A stretch of DNA of 64,000 nt from an uncultured virus (IMG/VR IMGVR_UViG_3300021185_003430). Its lineage: Duplodnaviria > Heunggongvirae > Uroviricota > Caudoviricetes. Within the stretch, counting starts at the first letter, position 1, and each line of letters begins with the position of its first letter. Positions 1 through 9,546 of this stretch are shown piece by piece. The stretch is taken from the IMG/VR virus record IMGVR_UViG_3300021185_003430; one strand, 5' to 3'. The notes beneath the pieces were generated by a model. It had not been told where the DNA came from, did not search any database, and was given only the letters and a program-made list of their open reading frames with translations. The translations under genes and the position numbers were made by a program.

Positions 1-2
1 CA

Positions 3-80
3 CTAATGATGATTGGTGTACCAGTTGCTATTGGTACAGCAATGGGTTGGTTCAACTTATTTGGTATCCTTGGTTTATGA
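3..80 (+). CDS. 3' end of a hydrophobic (membrane) protein, partial
   Basis: Open frame LMMIGVPVAIGTAMGWFNLFGILGL* whose TGA overlaps the next ATG (ATGA 77-80). Confidence 0.5.
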   Translation, partial: LMMIGVPVAIGTAMGWFNLFGILGL

Positions 81-415
81 AATATGTAATTGATATTGAC
101 GGTACTATTTGTAAGGAAGTTATTATTCCTAACAGTGGAGGCAAAAAAGATTATGCAAATCATATTCCTATGCCTGAGCGTATCGCAAAAGTAAATGCAC
201 TATATGATGCAGGACACACTATCAAATACATGACAGCACGAGGATGTGTAAGTGGTGTAGATTATTTTAACTTAACAAACAATCAATTAATTGAATGGGG
301 TGCTAAATTTCACGAACTCAGCGTAGGCAAAAAAGAGAACTACGATGTATGGATTGACGACAAGGCATTTTGGAGTGAAAACTTCTTCCGTGAAACAGGA
401 GAGTCATATGAGTGA
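77..415 (+). CDS. Small HAD-family phosphatase (capsule biosynthesis phosphatase-like)
   Basis: YVIDIDGT motif I, TARG, WIDDKA; start moved to ATG 77. Confidence 0.75.
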   Translation: MKYVIDIDGTICKEVIIPNSGGKKDYANHIPMPERIAKVNALYDAGHTIKYMTARGCVSGVDYFNLTNNQLIEWGAKFHELSVGKKENYDVWIDDKAFWSENFFRETGESYE

Positions 416-1217
416 TCGCAGATTTATTGCGGCAATGGATCACAGTGGTGGAAGCACAGGTGGCGTACTAGAACGCTACGGACGTGATTACATAGAAAAT
501 AACAAAATGGAACGTGTACACGAAATGCGTTTACGTATGGTTAACTCACCAGACTTTAATGACTCAAACATTTGGGCGGCAATACTATACCAAGACACAG
601 TAACACGAGGTATGGTTAATGTGCTTGACGAAAAAGGCATTGACACGTTTCTAAAGATTGACAGTGGATGCGATGAAGATGGAACACTCAAACAGTTTCC
701 AGTAAAACAGATGTTAGAGTTTGCTACAAACGGCATTGGTCCTAAGATTTATGGTACAAAGATGCGTAGCATTGTTAAAGGTGTAGGCATGGTACATCCT
801 GTACTCAAACAACAGTTTACACTTGCTCGTACTATTTGTGACTACGGTCTTGTACCAATCATTGAGCCTGAAATACCTATCGACAATCCTATTAAAGCTA
901 AAGTTGAATCAGCTCTTATGTATCACTTACAAGAGTTTCTGGATGAGTTTCCAGGTAAATGCATTCTTAAACTAACACCGCCAGAAGTACCCAACTTATA
1001 TCATAACCTTACAGCGTTTCCTAATGTAGAAAAAGTTGTATTCCTAAGTGGTGGATATCCTACTATGGAAGCATGCCGCAGACTGAGTGCGAATGCAGAT
1101 GTAACTGCTAGTTTTTCGAGAGCATTAAGCGAAGGATTGGATTATTCATTGACAGATAACGAGTTTAATGCTAAATTGGAACAAAATATTAAAATGATAA
1201 CAAAGGCAAGTGAATGA
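408..1217 (+). CDS. fda: Fructose-bisphosphate aldolase class I
   Basis: FIAAMDHSGGST, FLKIDSG, GTKMRS, VPIIEPE, LSGGY, ASFSRAL; AGGAGAG RBS before ATG 408. Confidence 0.9.
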   Translation: MSDRRFIAAMDHSGGSTGGVLERYGRDYIENNKMERVHEMRLRMVNSPDFNDSNIWAAILYQDTVTRGMVNVLDEKGIDTFLKIDSGCDEDGTLKQFPVKQMLEFATNGIGPKIYGTKMRSIVKGVGMVHPVLKQQFTLARTICDYGLVPIIEPEIPIDNPIKAKVESALMYHLQEFLDEFPGKCILKLTPPEVPNLYHNLTAFPNVEKVVFLSGGYPTMEACRRLSANADVTASFSRALSEGLDYSLTDNEFNAKLEQNIKMITKASE

Positions 1218-2278
1218 ATACAATTTATATTATACCAATCGAACCTATCGATCAGAGATACACCAAACAATGGTATGACAATATTCCTAAAATTATTGAA
1301 AAGCGGGTTAGGGTAGAAAGTTTAGCATATAATATTGTTACTATTGATGGAGAAGACTTTTCTCCTGAACAACGTACTGAAGGTGCGTTTTTAGACTTTG
1401 GTGCAACAAATGTATATAAATCTACACAAGCGGCAGAAGTAAGTCGTATGTTTAGTAATGGTATTATTAAAGATGGAGATAAGTTTTTAATTACAGATGC
1501 TTGGAATTTTATTATTACTCCAATCAAGTATATGAGCGAGCTATTAGGTATTAATGTAGAAATACATAGTATTTGGCATGCGGGTGCATATGATCCTAGT
1601 GACATACTTGGATATACAATGAGTAAACCATGGCCTTGGCTACAAGAGCAAGCGTGGTTTATGTCAAGTGATTATAACTATTTTGCAACTGATAGTCACA
1701 AGGATATGTTTGTTAAAAATTTAGACATTCCAGAAAAATATCAGGATCGTGCAATTAGGAGTGGACAGCCACATGAGCTTATTATCGAGCCTCTAATGCT
1801 AAGGCAAAGTACACCTAAAACTAATACAGTTATGTGGCCGCATCGTTATAATGATGATAAGCAACCGTTTATTGCTGAAGCATTGGGTGATAAATTTGAC
1901 ATGTGCATTACACAAAAAATGAATTTAGATAAAGATGCATATTATGATAAAATGGCAACAAGTAAAATTGTCTTTAGTTGCGCTTTGCATGAAAATTTAG
2001 GAATAAGTGTAATGGAAGCAGTGCTTACAGGTGCTATTCCAATTGTCCCTGATAGATGTAGTTATAAAGAAATGTATTTACCTGAATTTAAATACCCTAC
2101 ACAATGGACAGAAAATGAGGAATTATTTAATTTCCATAGAAAAGATTTAGAGTCGTTTATCCAAGATAAACTAAACAATTATGAAAGTTTGTTACCATTA
2201 GTTGCCAAACAGCAACAAATTTTAATGAACAATTATCTAAATAGTTCTGTCATGATAGACAGAATACTAGAACTATAA
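1214..2278 (+). CDS. GT-B glycosyltransferase, GTDC1/QTMAN (DUF3524)-like
   Basis: MWPHRYNDDK and SCALHENLGISVMEAVLTGAIPIVPD (GT4 E-x7-E type signature). Confidence 0.7.
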   Translation: MNTIYIIPIEPIDQRYTKQWYDNIPKIIEKRVRVESLAYNIVTIDGEDFSPEQRTEGAFLDFGATNVYKSTQAAEVSRMFSNGIIKDGDKFLITDAWNFIITPIKYMSELLGINVEIHSIWHAGAYDPSDILGYTMSKPWPWLQEQAWFMSSDYNYFATDSHKDMFVKNLDIPEKYQDRAIRSGQPHELIIEPLMLRQSTPKTNTVMWPHRYNDDKQPFIAEALGDKFDMCITQKMNLDKDAYYDKMATSKIVFSCALHENLGISVMEAVLTGAIPIVPDRCSYKEMYLPEFKYPTQWTENEELFNFHRKDLESFIQDKLNNYESLLPLVAKQQQILMNNYLNSSVMIDRILEL

Positions 2279-2299
2279 AAAAAGAGGAACATAGTATAA

Positions 2300-3001
2300 A
2301 TGAAAAAGACTTCCGAAAATATTCGAGCACGCCTAAAAGATACAGGCGCAAGATTCTGGGCAGGAGATAATATTTCTTCAGTATTGCAACCAGGCGATAA
2401 AGAAGCATTAATTGATGAAGCCACAGTAGCTTTTGAACAAGTGCTAGATACATTACTTATTGATAGAGAAAATGATCCAAATAGTATGGACACAGGCCGC
2501 CGCCTAGCTAAAATGTATTTTAATGAAATTATGAGCGGCCGCTACGATCCTGCGCCTGCTGCAACAGCATTTCCAAATGAGCCAGATAATATTACTAATG
2601 AAAAGTATGAAGGCATGTTAGTTGTGCGTAGTGAATTAACAAGCATGTGTTCACATCATCATCAACCAGTTAGTGGTGTAGCATACATTGGCATTATTGC
2701 CGCAGATAAACTTATTGGATTAAGCAAGTATACTCGTATTGCTCAATGGTGTGCAATGCGTGGTACCTTACAAGAAGAACTTGCTATGGAGATATCACGT
2801 CAAATAATGTCTGCAACAGGGTCACAAGATGTTGGTGTTTATATTCAAGCAACACATGGTTGCTGTGAAAACCGCGGTATAAGAGCGCATAGTAGTTTAA
2901 CACAGACTACTGTACTTAAAGGTAGCTTCCATAATGATCCGCATTGTAAAATAGAGTTTATGGATAATATTAAATTACAGCAACAGTTTGCACCCAAATA
3001 G
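2300..3001 (+). CDS. folE: GTP cyclohydrolase I
   Basis: SMCSHHHQP, IGLSKYTRI, LQEEL, ATHGCCENRG. Confidence 0.95.
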   Translation: MKKTSENIRARLKDTGARFWAGDNISSVLQPGDKEALIDEATVAFEQVLDTLLIDRENDPNSMDTGRRLAKMYFNEIMSGRYDPAPAATAFPNEPDNITNEKYEGMLVVRSELTSMCSHHHQPVSGVAYIGIIAADKLIGLSKYTRIAQWCAMRGTLQEELAMEISRQIMSATGSQDVGVYIQATHGCCENRGIRAHSSLTQTTVLKGSFHNDPHCKIEFMDNIKLQQQFAPK

Positions 3002-3010
3002 GAGAAAAAA

Positions 3011-3562
3011 ATGGTTAAAAAAATTCATTATACATGGAAAGACGTCGAGCATATGGTTATGAGTATTAATAATCTTATGTATACAGACAATTGGCGCCCA
3101 GATTACATTGTGGGTTTAACACGTGGGGGGCTTGTGCCAGCTGTTATCATGTCAAACATGACAGGTATCTTATGCCATACACTAGATGTAAGATTTAGAG
3201 ATACAGATGAAAATTACAGCGGTCCTGAAAGTAATTGTTGGATGGCAGAGGATGCACTTGGATATAAAGGTGACGGTCTAACACATGATAATCATAAGAA
3301 AAATATCTTAATCATTGATGATATAAATGACAGTGGCAAAACACTAAACTGGATTAGAAATGATTGGTCTGCTGGATGTTTACCCAATCATAAAGGTTGG
3401 GATAATGTTTGGCACAATAACGTTAGATTTGCATGTCTAATTGATAATGGTGCAAGCAATTTTGGAGAAGTAGATTATACTGCTCTAGAAATTAATAAAG
3501 AGGAAGATCCAGTTTGGATTGTGTATCCTTGGGAAGGCGAGCGTGATTATGGAAACTTCTAA
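3011..3562 (+). CDS. Purine phosphoribosyltransferase (Gpt/Hpt-like)
   Basis: VGLTRGGLVPA, PRPP-binding ILIIDDINDSGKT, C-terminal WIVYPWE. Confidence 0.85.
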   Translation: MVKKIHYTWKDVEHMVMSINNLMYTDNWRPDYIVGLTRGGLVPAVIMSNMTGILCHTLDVRFRDTDENYSGPESNCWMAEDALGYKGDGLTHDNHKKNILIIDDINDSGKTLNWIRNDWSAGCLPNHKGWDNVWHNNVRFACLIDNGASNFGEVDYTALEINKEEDPVWIVYPWEGERDYGNF

Positions 3563-3932
3563 TAATGAAAAATATACAATAGATGTAACTACACCTGGTA
3601 TGGATACAATGTACGTTGATACTGACGCTCCTAATGTTATTTCTGTTGTAGACTATATTGATACTGATGATAGTGGATATAATATAGATTGGAATAACAT
3701 AACCATTACTGGGGATGAACCTTCTGACTTAACAGTTTCAGGAGATATTATCCAGGAGACACCAGATGGAAGTATTAATATAACTGAAATCATTCATGAA
3801 CAAAAGTTACAAATACAAGTTTTAACTGATATGATTCAAGAGATGGTAGAACAAAGCGATTTTAATTTGCAATGGAATGTACAAGAGCGTATTGAAAAGC
3901 AAAGATTTCTAAATAGACTTGGAGAAAAATAA
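3549..3932 (+). CDS. Hypothetical acidic protein
   Basis: ORF coupled to neighbours; no motif recognised. Confidence 0.55.
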   Translation: METSNNEKYTIDVTTPGMDTMYVDTDAPNVISVVDYIDTDDSGYNIDWNNITITGDEPSDLTVSGDIIQETPDGSINITEIIHEQKLQIQVLTDMIQEMVEQSDFNLQWNVQERIEKQRFLNRLGEK

Positions 3933-4501
3933 TGGCAACATTTACGATTGAAATAAATGGATATGGTGGCGAGATGGTTCTCGGTTCTGTATCTAAGGAA
4001 GCATATGAGTATTGGGGAGTAAAAGGAGAAGATGACGAGGGATTGCATAGTCACTTGTTTTGGGATCCATATGAAGAATCAGATGGTAATGAAATTACTG
4101 ACGATGAAGATCCACGTTTCCTTGGAAACTGGCATGAGATTGATGACATTGATCACACTCATGGAGCATTTTACGACCAATGTTGGGTTGTAGTAACAAA
4201 CGAAGATGGTGAGACTGTTTATCAAAACGATGATCCAGAAGTAGAATCAACACAGATTTCAGACCCAGATGATCAACCAGAGGGTTATTATTTTAAAGGA
4301 TGGAGTACAGAAAAAGGAAACTTCTTCTGTTGTGATATTGATTTAGATGAGTTTGATCCTGCCAAATTAAAATTTGGTGCTACTAATATTGATTGTGATG
4401 TAGTTATTGATAGTGTTACATACGATGGAGAAGATTTAGATAACATCGGTGGCGATACTAACAGCAAAGCCACTGGTTGGGAATTTTACGAAAACTTGTA
4501 A
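3932..4501 (+). CDS. Hypothetical acidic protein, paralog of the next gene
   Basis: GGAG RBS; shares GYG..., YEYW, KG.F and EF.P.KLK with 4510..5094. Confidence 0.7.
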   Translation: MATFTIEINGYGGEMVLGSVSKEAYEYWGVKGEDDEGLHSHLFWDPYEESDGNEITDDEDPRFLGNWHEIDDIDHTHGAFYDQCWVVVTNEDGETVYQNDDPEVESTQISDPDDQPEGYYFKGWSTEKGNFFCCDIDLDEFDPAKLKFGATNIDCDVVIDSVTYDGEDLDNIGGDTNSKATGWEFYENL

Positions 4502-4509
4502 ATACACTT

Positions 4510-5094
4510 ATGAAATATAAACTTATTATTGCGGGATATGGTTGCCAAATTAATATAGGCACCATACCCGAACACTTCTATGAATATTGGACAACTGTGG
4601 GAGATCCTAATGAATTGGACTCCAGGTTGTTTCCTGCATTTGACAAGAACGGTATAAAAGACGAGAATTATGTAGAAAATTTAGATAGTGATGATCCTAA
4701 AGATATTGGAATGTGGAGACATCATAATGATACTTGTAGTGTGTGTAATGCATTTATAGATTACTTTCATTGCAAAGTTTTTGATGAACAAGATAATTTA
4801 GTTTGGTCTACGGATACTATAGAGCCAGTATACGCAAGAGAGATAAATGATGATGAACTTGGCTCTGGTTATTTTTTGAGAACACGCTTTGATAAAAAAG
4901 GTACATTTGTAGATATAACTCTAGATACAGAAGAATTTAATCCTAAAAAACTAAAATTACATACTAAGTTAGTTGAAGGTATTGAAGTTATAGACAGGGT
5001 GTTGTACGAAGGCAAAATGCGTAAAACACAAGATCATAGCCAGAGACACCCCAATGAGGATAATAGACAATATAAATTTATAAAAAACACTTGA
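4510..5094 (+). CDS. Hypothetical protein, paralog of the previous gene
   Basis: Same motifs as 3932..4501; start set at ATG 4510. Confidence 0.7.
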   Translation: MKYKLIIAGYGCQINIGTIPEHFYEYWTTVGDPNELDSRLFPAFDKNGIKDENYVENLDSDDPKDIGMWRHHNDTCSVCNAFIDYFHCKVFDEQDNLVWSTDTIEPVYAREINDDELGSGYFLRTRFDKKGTFVDITLDTEEFNPKKLKLHTKLVEGIEVIDRVLYEGKMRKTQDHSQRHPNEDNRQYKFIKNT

Positions 5095-5133
5095 CACCAA
5101 AGCATATTGGTGTTATAGTAATAGGGTAAGTTA
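5091..5133 (+). promoter_or_regulatory. Sigma70-type (early) promoter with downstream GTAAGTTA box
   Basis: TTGACA 5091-5096, 17 bp spacer, TG-n-TATAGT 5114-5119, then GGTAAGTTAA. Confidence 0.8.
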
Positions 5134-5149
5134 ATCATAGAGGAAAGAC

Positions 5150-7885
5150 ATGAAAAAACTTCTTATATCAATTGTAGTTGCTACCACGCTAATGGCTGGT
5201 ACTGCAAATGCAGCACCCAAAAGTTACTATGAATATGCACTAGGCCTTAATACTAGCCACCAGCTAAATTATAGCCAAGCCATGATTCGTAACTATACAA
5301 ATTCTAACAAATCATATAAAAATTTAATTGATCGTTTTGGTACACGCTTTGGACACTATTCGTGGTTCCAACGCTTTGTAGGTGTATATGAATTCCAATT
5401 GGCAGAGATTAAAAAGTATCAAGATCTTATTGATAATGCCAGCCAAGTAGTTACAATTGTTGATACTAAAGTAAGAGTAGATACTTTTGTGCGTGAATTT
5501 GACGGAAAAGTTACAACATCATCTACTACTGTAAATGAAACTGAAAATGACGGTAAATTTATACGTGAGTATGCAATTACAACAGTTACAACAACAACCC
5601 CAAAACATAAACATGTTGCTGAAACAACTGTAACAACTAAATTTTATAGTGATGGCACTCGTGCTACAGATAACCAAACAAAAGTAGTTAGTAAAACTGT
5701 TACTAATGATGTAAAAACTACTGTAGATAAACAACTAATTACAGAAACTGCAATTCTGATAGAAGAGCCAGTGGAAGAAGTTATTGTAGTTGTTGAAGAA
5801 GAAGTTATTGTAGAAGAGCCAGTAGAGGTTGTTACTACAGAAAATGGCATTGCTACTACAAATGTATTATCTGTGAATGAATATAATTCACGTGATGATG
5901 TATTACTTAGTGGATCTGATGCATATACTGATGCTGTACATAATGTAAACTCTAATACTAATGTAGATTATATTACACGTGAAAGTGGACTCAGTAAGTA
6001 TGCTAATAGCTTAGGTATAATTAATGCACCAGATGCATGGGCTCGTGGATGGACTGGTAAAGGTAGTACAATTGCTATCCTTGATACTGGTATTGATATG
6101 GATCATACTGAGTTTGAAGGCAAAATTAAAGGCACAAAATGCTTTACTAGAGCATGTTCAGTAGGTAATGAAACTGTACAAGATAAAAACCGTTACTCAC
6201 ATGGTACACATGTTGCAGGAATTGCGGCAGGTAATCTAGATGGTAATGGTAATACTGGTGTAGCATATGATGCAGATTTGCTTATTGCTAAAACAGCATA
6301 TGATGGTGGATTTTTTGACTTTAGTACTGTAGACGAAGCAATTGCATGGTCAGTACAAAATGGTGCTGACGTAGTTAACATGAGTGCCAACTATAATGTA
6401 GATCGTACATATAAACTATCACTTACAGAGGTTAACCCAGGTATTTGGGTATCAGATGATACACGTGGTAGAAACGGACGGACGTATGATAAACTAGGAT
6501 ATAGTAACGTTTATGGCGATGATGCGTTGTATGGAAATATAGTAGAGGCCATGAAGGGTCACGAAACTGTATTAGTAATGTCAGCAGGTAATCAGCGTCT
6601 TAATATTGCAGGACTACCAAGTTTAATTGCAATTGACCCTGATGTAGGAGATCGTGTAATTGTAGTAGGAAACTACGATGCAAGAAAAGATGGACTAGCA
6701 AGTTCAAGTAATACAGCAGGTACCCTTTGCTTAGATTATAATAGTACTACCAATTCATGTAATAACCAAAAACGTGTAAGCGATCGCTTTCTACTTGCTC
6801 CAGGACAGTTTGTAATGAGTGCCGATAATAATGGAGAATATCGTACAAACAGTGGTACGTCAATGGCGGCTCCAATGGTTAGTGGTGCTGTAGCAGTAGT
6901 ACATCAGATGTGGCCACATATGACAGGTGCAAATGTAAGTAAATTGCTACTTGATACTGGTAATAAGGATATAGCCAACTACAATGTAAATTTACACGGA
7001 CAGGGTTTACTTGACCTTGCAGAAGCTACAAGCCCACAGGGTGTTGTTGGAATTCCAACAACTGGTCGTGTAAATGGTAGTAAAGTTGCCGTAAATGGTA
7101 CAATTGCAGTTAGCGGTGGTAGCATTAGTGCATTAAACAATGTAATGGTTGTAGATGATTACGATCGTGACTTTTATATGAATGCTAATAATGACTTTGC
7201 AGTAGACACACGTACTACTAGTGCAACTCGTAATGCTCAGGCAGGATATTCGTCAGATTATTACTTGGGCTATGCAAGTGGACAAATTGTCCCAATTGGT
7301 AATGGCGCAATTACACTAAGTGATGATAGTAATGATTTTGCATTAGTTCAACAGTTTGATGGTATCAGCTTTGGAATTACTAATGAATCAGATACTTTTT
7401 TAGGTAATATTGCAGATAGTGATATTATGCGGGTAAATGGTGCAACAACTGCATATGCTGGTTATAACTTTGATAATGGAAACCTATTTGGTGGCGCACA
7501 GATTGGTGCAACTAGTTTAGATGTAGATTCTAACAGTTTCCTTAAACAAGCAGATACGCTAATGAGCTATAGTGCAACCGCAGGTATTAAACAAACTATA
7601 GGCAAGTCAACAGTTGGATTTGTTACAAGTATACCAGTTACAATTGCACAAGGTAATGCACAGTTTGCAATGCCAAGTAGTGTAAGTTCTACAGGAGATA
7701 TTGAAATGGCAACATACAATAGCTCACTAGCAACAACTAGTCAAGAAGTAGACTTTGGTGTGTTTTATAATACTTCCTTAAATGATAATATCAGCTTCGA
7801 TACTTTCTTGGAAGTACGCACTAATTATGCTGGTACAAATAATGATACAGCAGAAGCTGGATTTAACTTGAAAGTTACATTTTAA
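5150..7885 (+). CDS. Secreted subtilisin-family (S8) serine protease with probable C-terminal outer-membrane beta-barrel
   Basis: Signal peptide (..TANA/A); triad ILDTG, HGTHVAG, SGTSMAAP; amphipathic C-terminal strands ending GFNLKVTF. Confidence 0.85.
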   Translation: MKKLLISIVVATTLMAGTANAAPKSYYEYALGLNTSHQLNYSQAMIRNYTNSNKSYKNLIDRFGTRFGHYSWFQRFVGVYEFQLAEIKKYQDLIDNASQVVTIVDTKVRVDTFVREFDGKVTTSSTTVNETENDGKFIREYAITTVTTTTPKHKHVAETTVTTKFYSDGTRATDNQTKVVSKTVTNDVKTTVDKQLITETAILIEEPVEEVIVVVEEEVIVEEPVEVVTTENGIATTNVLSVNEYNSRDDVLLSGSDAYTDAVHNVNSNTNVDYITRESGLSKYANSLGIINAPDAWARGWTGKGSTIAILDTGIDMDHTEFEGKIKGTKCFTRACSVGNETVQDKNRYSHGTHVAGIAAGNLDGNGNTGVAYDADLLIAKTAYDGGFFDFSTVDEAIAWSVQNGADVVNMSANYNVDRTYKLSLTEVNPGIWVSDDTRGRNGRTYDKLGYSNVYGDDALYGNIVEAMKGHETVLVMSAGNQRLNIAGLPSLIAIDPDVGDRVIVVGNYDARKDGLASSSNTAGTLCLDYNSTTNSCNNQKRVSDRFLLAPGQFVMSADNNGEYRTNSGTSMAAPMVSGAVAVVHQMWPHMTGANVSKLLLDTGNKDIANYNVNLHGQGLLDLAEATSPQGVVGIPTTGRVNGSKVAVNGTIAVSGGSISALNNVMVVDDYDRDFYMNANNDFAVDTRTTSATRNAQAGYSSDYYLGYASGQIVPIGNGAITLSDDSNDFALVQQFDGISFGITNESDTFLGNIADSDIMRVNGATTAYAGYNFDNGNLFGGAQIGATSLDVDSNSFLKQADTLMSYSATAGIKQTIGKSTVGFVTSIPVTIAQGNAQFAMPSSVSSTGDIEMATYNSSLATTSQEVDFGVFYNTSLNDNISFDTFLEVRTNYAGTNNDTAEAGFNLKVTF

Positions 7886-8457
7886 TGTCAACCAACTATC
7901 AATATACAAGGGGGCGGCTAGAAGTTATAGCCGGCCCCATGTTTGCAGGTAAAAGCAGCGAACTTTTAAAAAGATTACTTTTTATAGAACACAGTGGTAA
8001 GAAAGTATTAGTTTTAAAACCAGTCATAGATGACAGGTATGATGATAATATGATCGTAACACACAATCAATTAAAGCATAGTGCAGTGCCTGTTATTGAT
8101 TTGGAATTAGTTAAAGATAATTATACAATTAAACCATATAATTTTCATACAATTTTTATTGATGAAGTGCAATTTTTTGATCCTAAAGAAACATTATGGT
8201 TTGTAGAAGAGGGATTGAGAACAGGTGTTAATTTTGTATGTGCTGGCCTAGACCAGGATAGTAGAGGAGTACCCTTTGATACAACGGCACGTATGCTCGC
8301 ATTAGCAGATGATATTCATAAAATTACTGCATTTTGTGCCATATGTGGCCAAACTGCATCTAAAACGCAAAGACTTAAAAAAGCAGGTGGACGCATTGCA
8401 GTAGGAGGCACAGAAACCTATGAACCGCGATGCGCTAAACATTGGGAAAGTAAATAA
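7885..8457 (+). CDS. tdk: Thymidine kinase
   Basis: GPMFAGKS, FIDEVQF, AGLDQD, CAIC, GGTETYEPRC. Confidence 0.95.
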   Translation: MSTNYQYTRGRLEVIAGPMFAGKSSELLKRLLFIEHSGKKVLVLKPVIDDRYDDNMIVTHNQLKHSAVPVIDLELVKDNYTIKPYNFHTIFIDEVQFFDPKETLWFVEEGLRTGVNFVCAGLDQDSRGVPFDTTARMLALADDIHKITAFCAICGQTASKTQRLKKAGGRIAVGGTETYEPRCAKHWESK

Positions 8458-8633
8458 TGAAATTAGGTGACGAAGATTGGGCTGTTGTAGTAAGTCCTGA
8501 CGGTAGTTTAAAAGGTGTACTTATGCCCGAAGGAGAACTTGACTTAGGAAAAGTACCAGTAGAAATACGCATGATGATCAAACTAGTTTATGACGATGAT
8601 ATCCTAGGTAGCGAAAACAAAACGATACATTAA
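8457..8633 (+). CDS. Small hypothetical protein (58 aa, not in the ORF track)
   Basis: TAATG overlap with tdk; MKLGDEDWAVVVSPDG...KTIH fills the gap exactly. Confidence 0.6.
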   Translation: MKLGDEDWAVVVSPDGSLKGVLMPEGELDLGKVPVEIRMMIKLVYDDDILGSENKTIH

Positions 8634-8634
8634 A

Positions 8635-9132
8635 ATGAGAAAACCGGATCTAAAAATAAATAAGCCAGTGATTGTTAGCAGTCATTTAAATGATACCTAT
8701 CCACTATCATTAAATTATACATTTCCTAATATAGGAGAACAAAACTGCGAAGATGTTATTTGGCAAAATTTAATAGATGATACCAGTGAAATACCACAAT
8801 ATGAAATAGGTTTAAGTTTAACACAAAGCTATCAATATACTAAGTTAGATCCTGATCCTACTGTATTAGTCAGGTGGCAAGCCATAAGAACAAAACAAGG
8901 TCCTGAATTTAGAATAGGATTAGGTATGGATATACCTGGGAGTAAAGAGACACCTCATATTATGCGAGGAAATTTTGAAGAAGGAATCGTCACATCTACC
9001 AATATTACAATTTCAGAACATATAACATTGGGTTGTGTAGATGGAGAATTAGCTATGAAAAAAGTACATGAAGATAAATGGTATAAAATACAACTAGGAG
9101 AAGCAATTGATGTCAAGAGAAGGATACTATGA
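8635..9132 (+). CDS. Hypothetical protein
   Basis: ORF within the operon. Confidence 0.55.
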   Translation: MRKPDLKINKPVIVSSHLNDTYPLSLNYTFPNIGEQNCEDVIWQNLIDDTSEIPQYEIGLSLTQSYQYTKLDPDPTVLVRWQAIRTKQGPEFRIGLGMDIPGSKETPHIMRGNFEEGIVTSTNITISEHITLGCVDGELAMKKVHEDKWYKIQLGEAIDVKRRIL

Positions 9133-9475
9133 TTACATGGCCCGTAGACTAAAAGAAGAATATCCAGTAGACTTGGTTAACTCTGAAGCACATAAACAGG
9201 ATCCGCTTAATACATTACAACAATTAATGATTATTACAGCAGAAGAATGTGGAGAGCTTACACAGCGTTGTTCAAAGATTGTCCGTAAATTTAATACAGT
9301 GGATGAAATTACAGAACAACAACGTGAGAAACTATTAGAAGAAGTTGGTGATGTTTACTGTATGATTAATCTAATGACAGAACACGGTGTCCTAGATTGG
9401 AAGCACATCTATGCACGTAGTAGTGCTAAAGAAGAAAAATTAAAAAAGTGGAGCAAATTGATTGATAATACATAA
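9110..9475 (+). CDS. MazG-like nucleotide pyrophosphohydrolase
   Basis: EECGEL...EEVGDV all-alpha NTP-PPase motif; AGGAG RBS. Confidence 0.75.
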   Translation: MSREGYYDYMARRLKEEYPVDLVNSEAHKQDPLNTLQQLMIITAEECGELTQRCSKIVRKFNTVDEITEQQREKLLEEVGDVYCMINLMTEHGVLDWKHIYARSSAKEEKLKKWSKLIDNT

Positions 9476-9488
9476 ACAAGTTATTTGT

Positions 9489-9517
9489 TTGACTTTTAAC
9501 TATTTTTATAATATAAT
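9489..9517 (+). promoter_or_regulatory. Sigma70-type promoter upstream of queE
   Basis: TTGACT-17bp-TATAAT. Confidence 0.75.
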
Positions 9518-9546
9518 GGTTAAAATTAACAGGAGTTTAGTTACTA

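Noticed and set aside
2237..2245. CTAAATAGT late-type motif upstream of folE
   Set aside because: It lies inside a coding sequence in AT-rich DNA and cannot be separated from chance.
5760..5830. GAAGAAGTTATTGTAG / GAAGAGCCAGT repeats
   Set aside because: Encode a low-complexity EEPVEEVIV linker in the protease; not an independent element.
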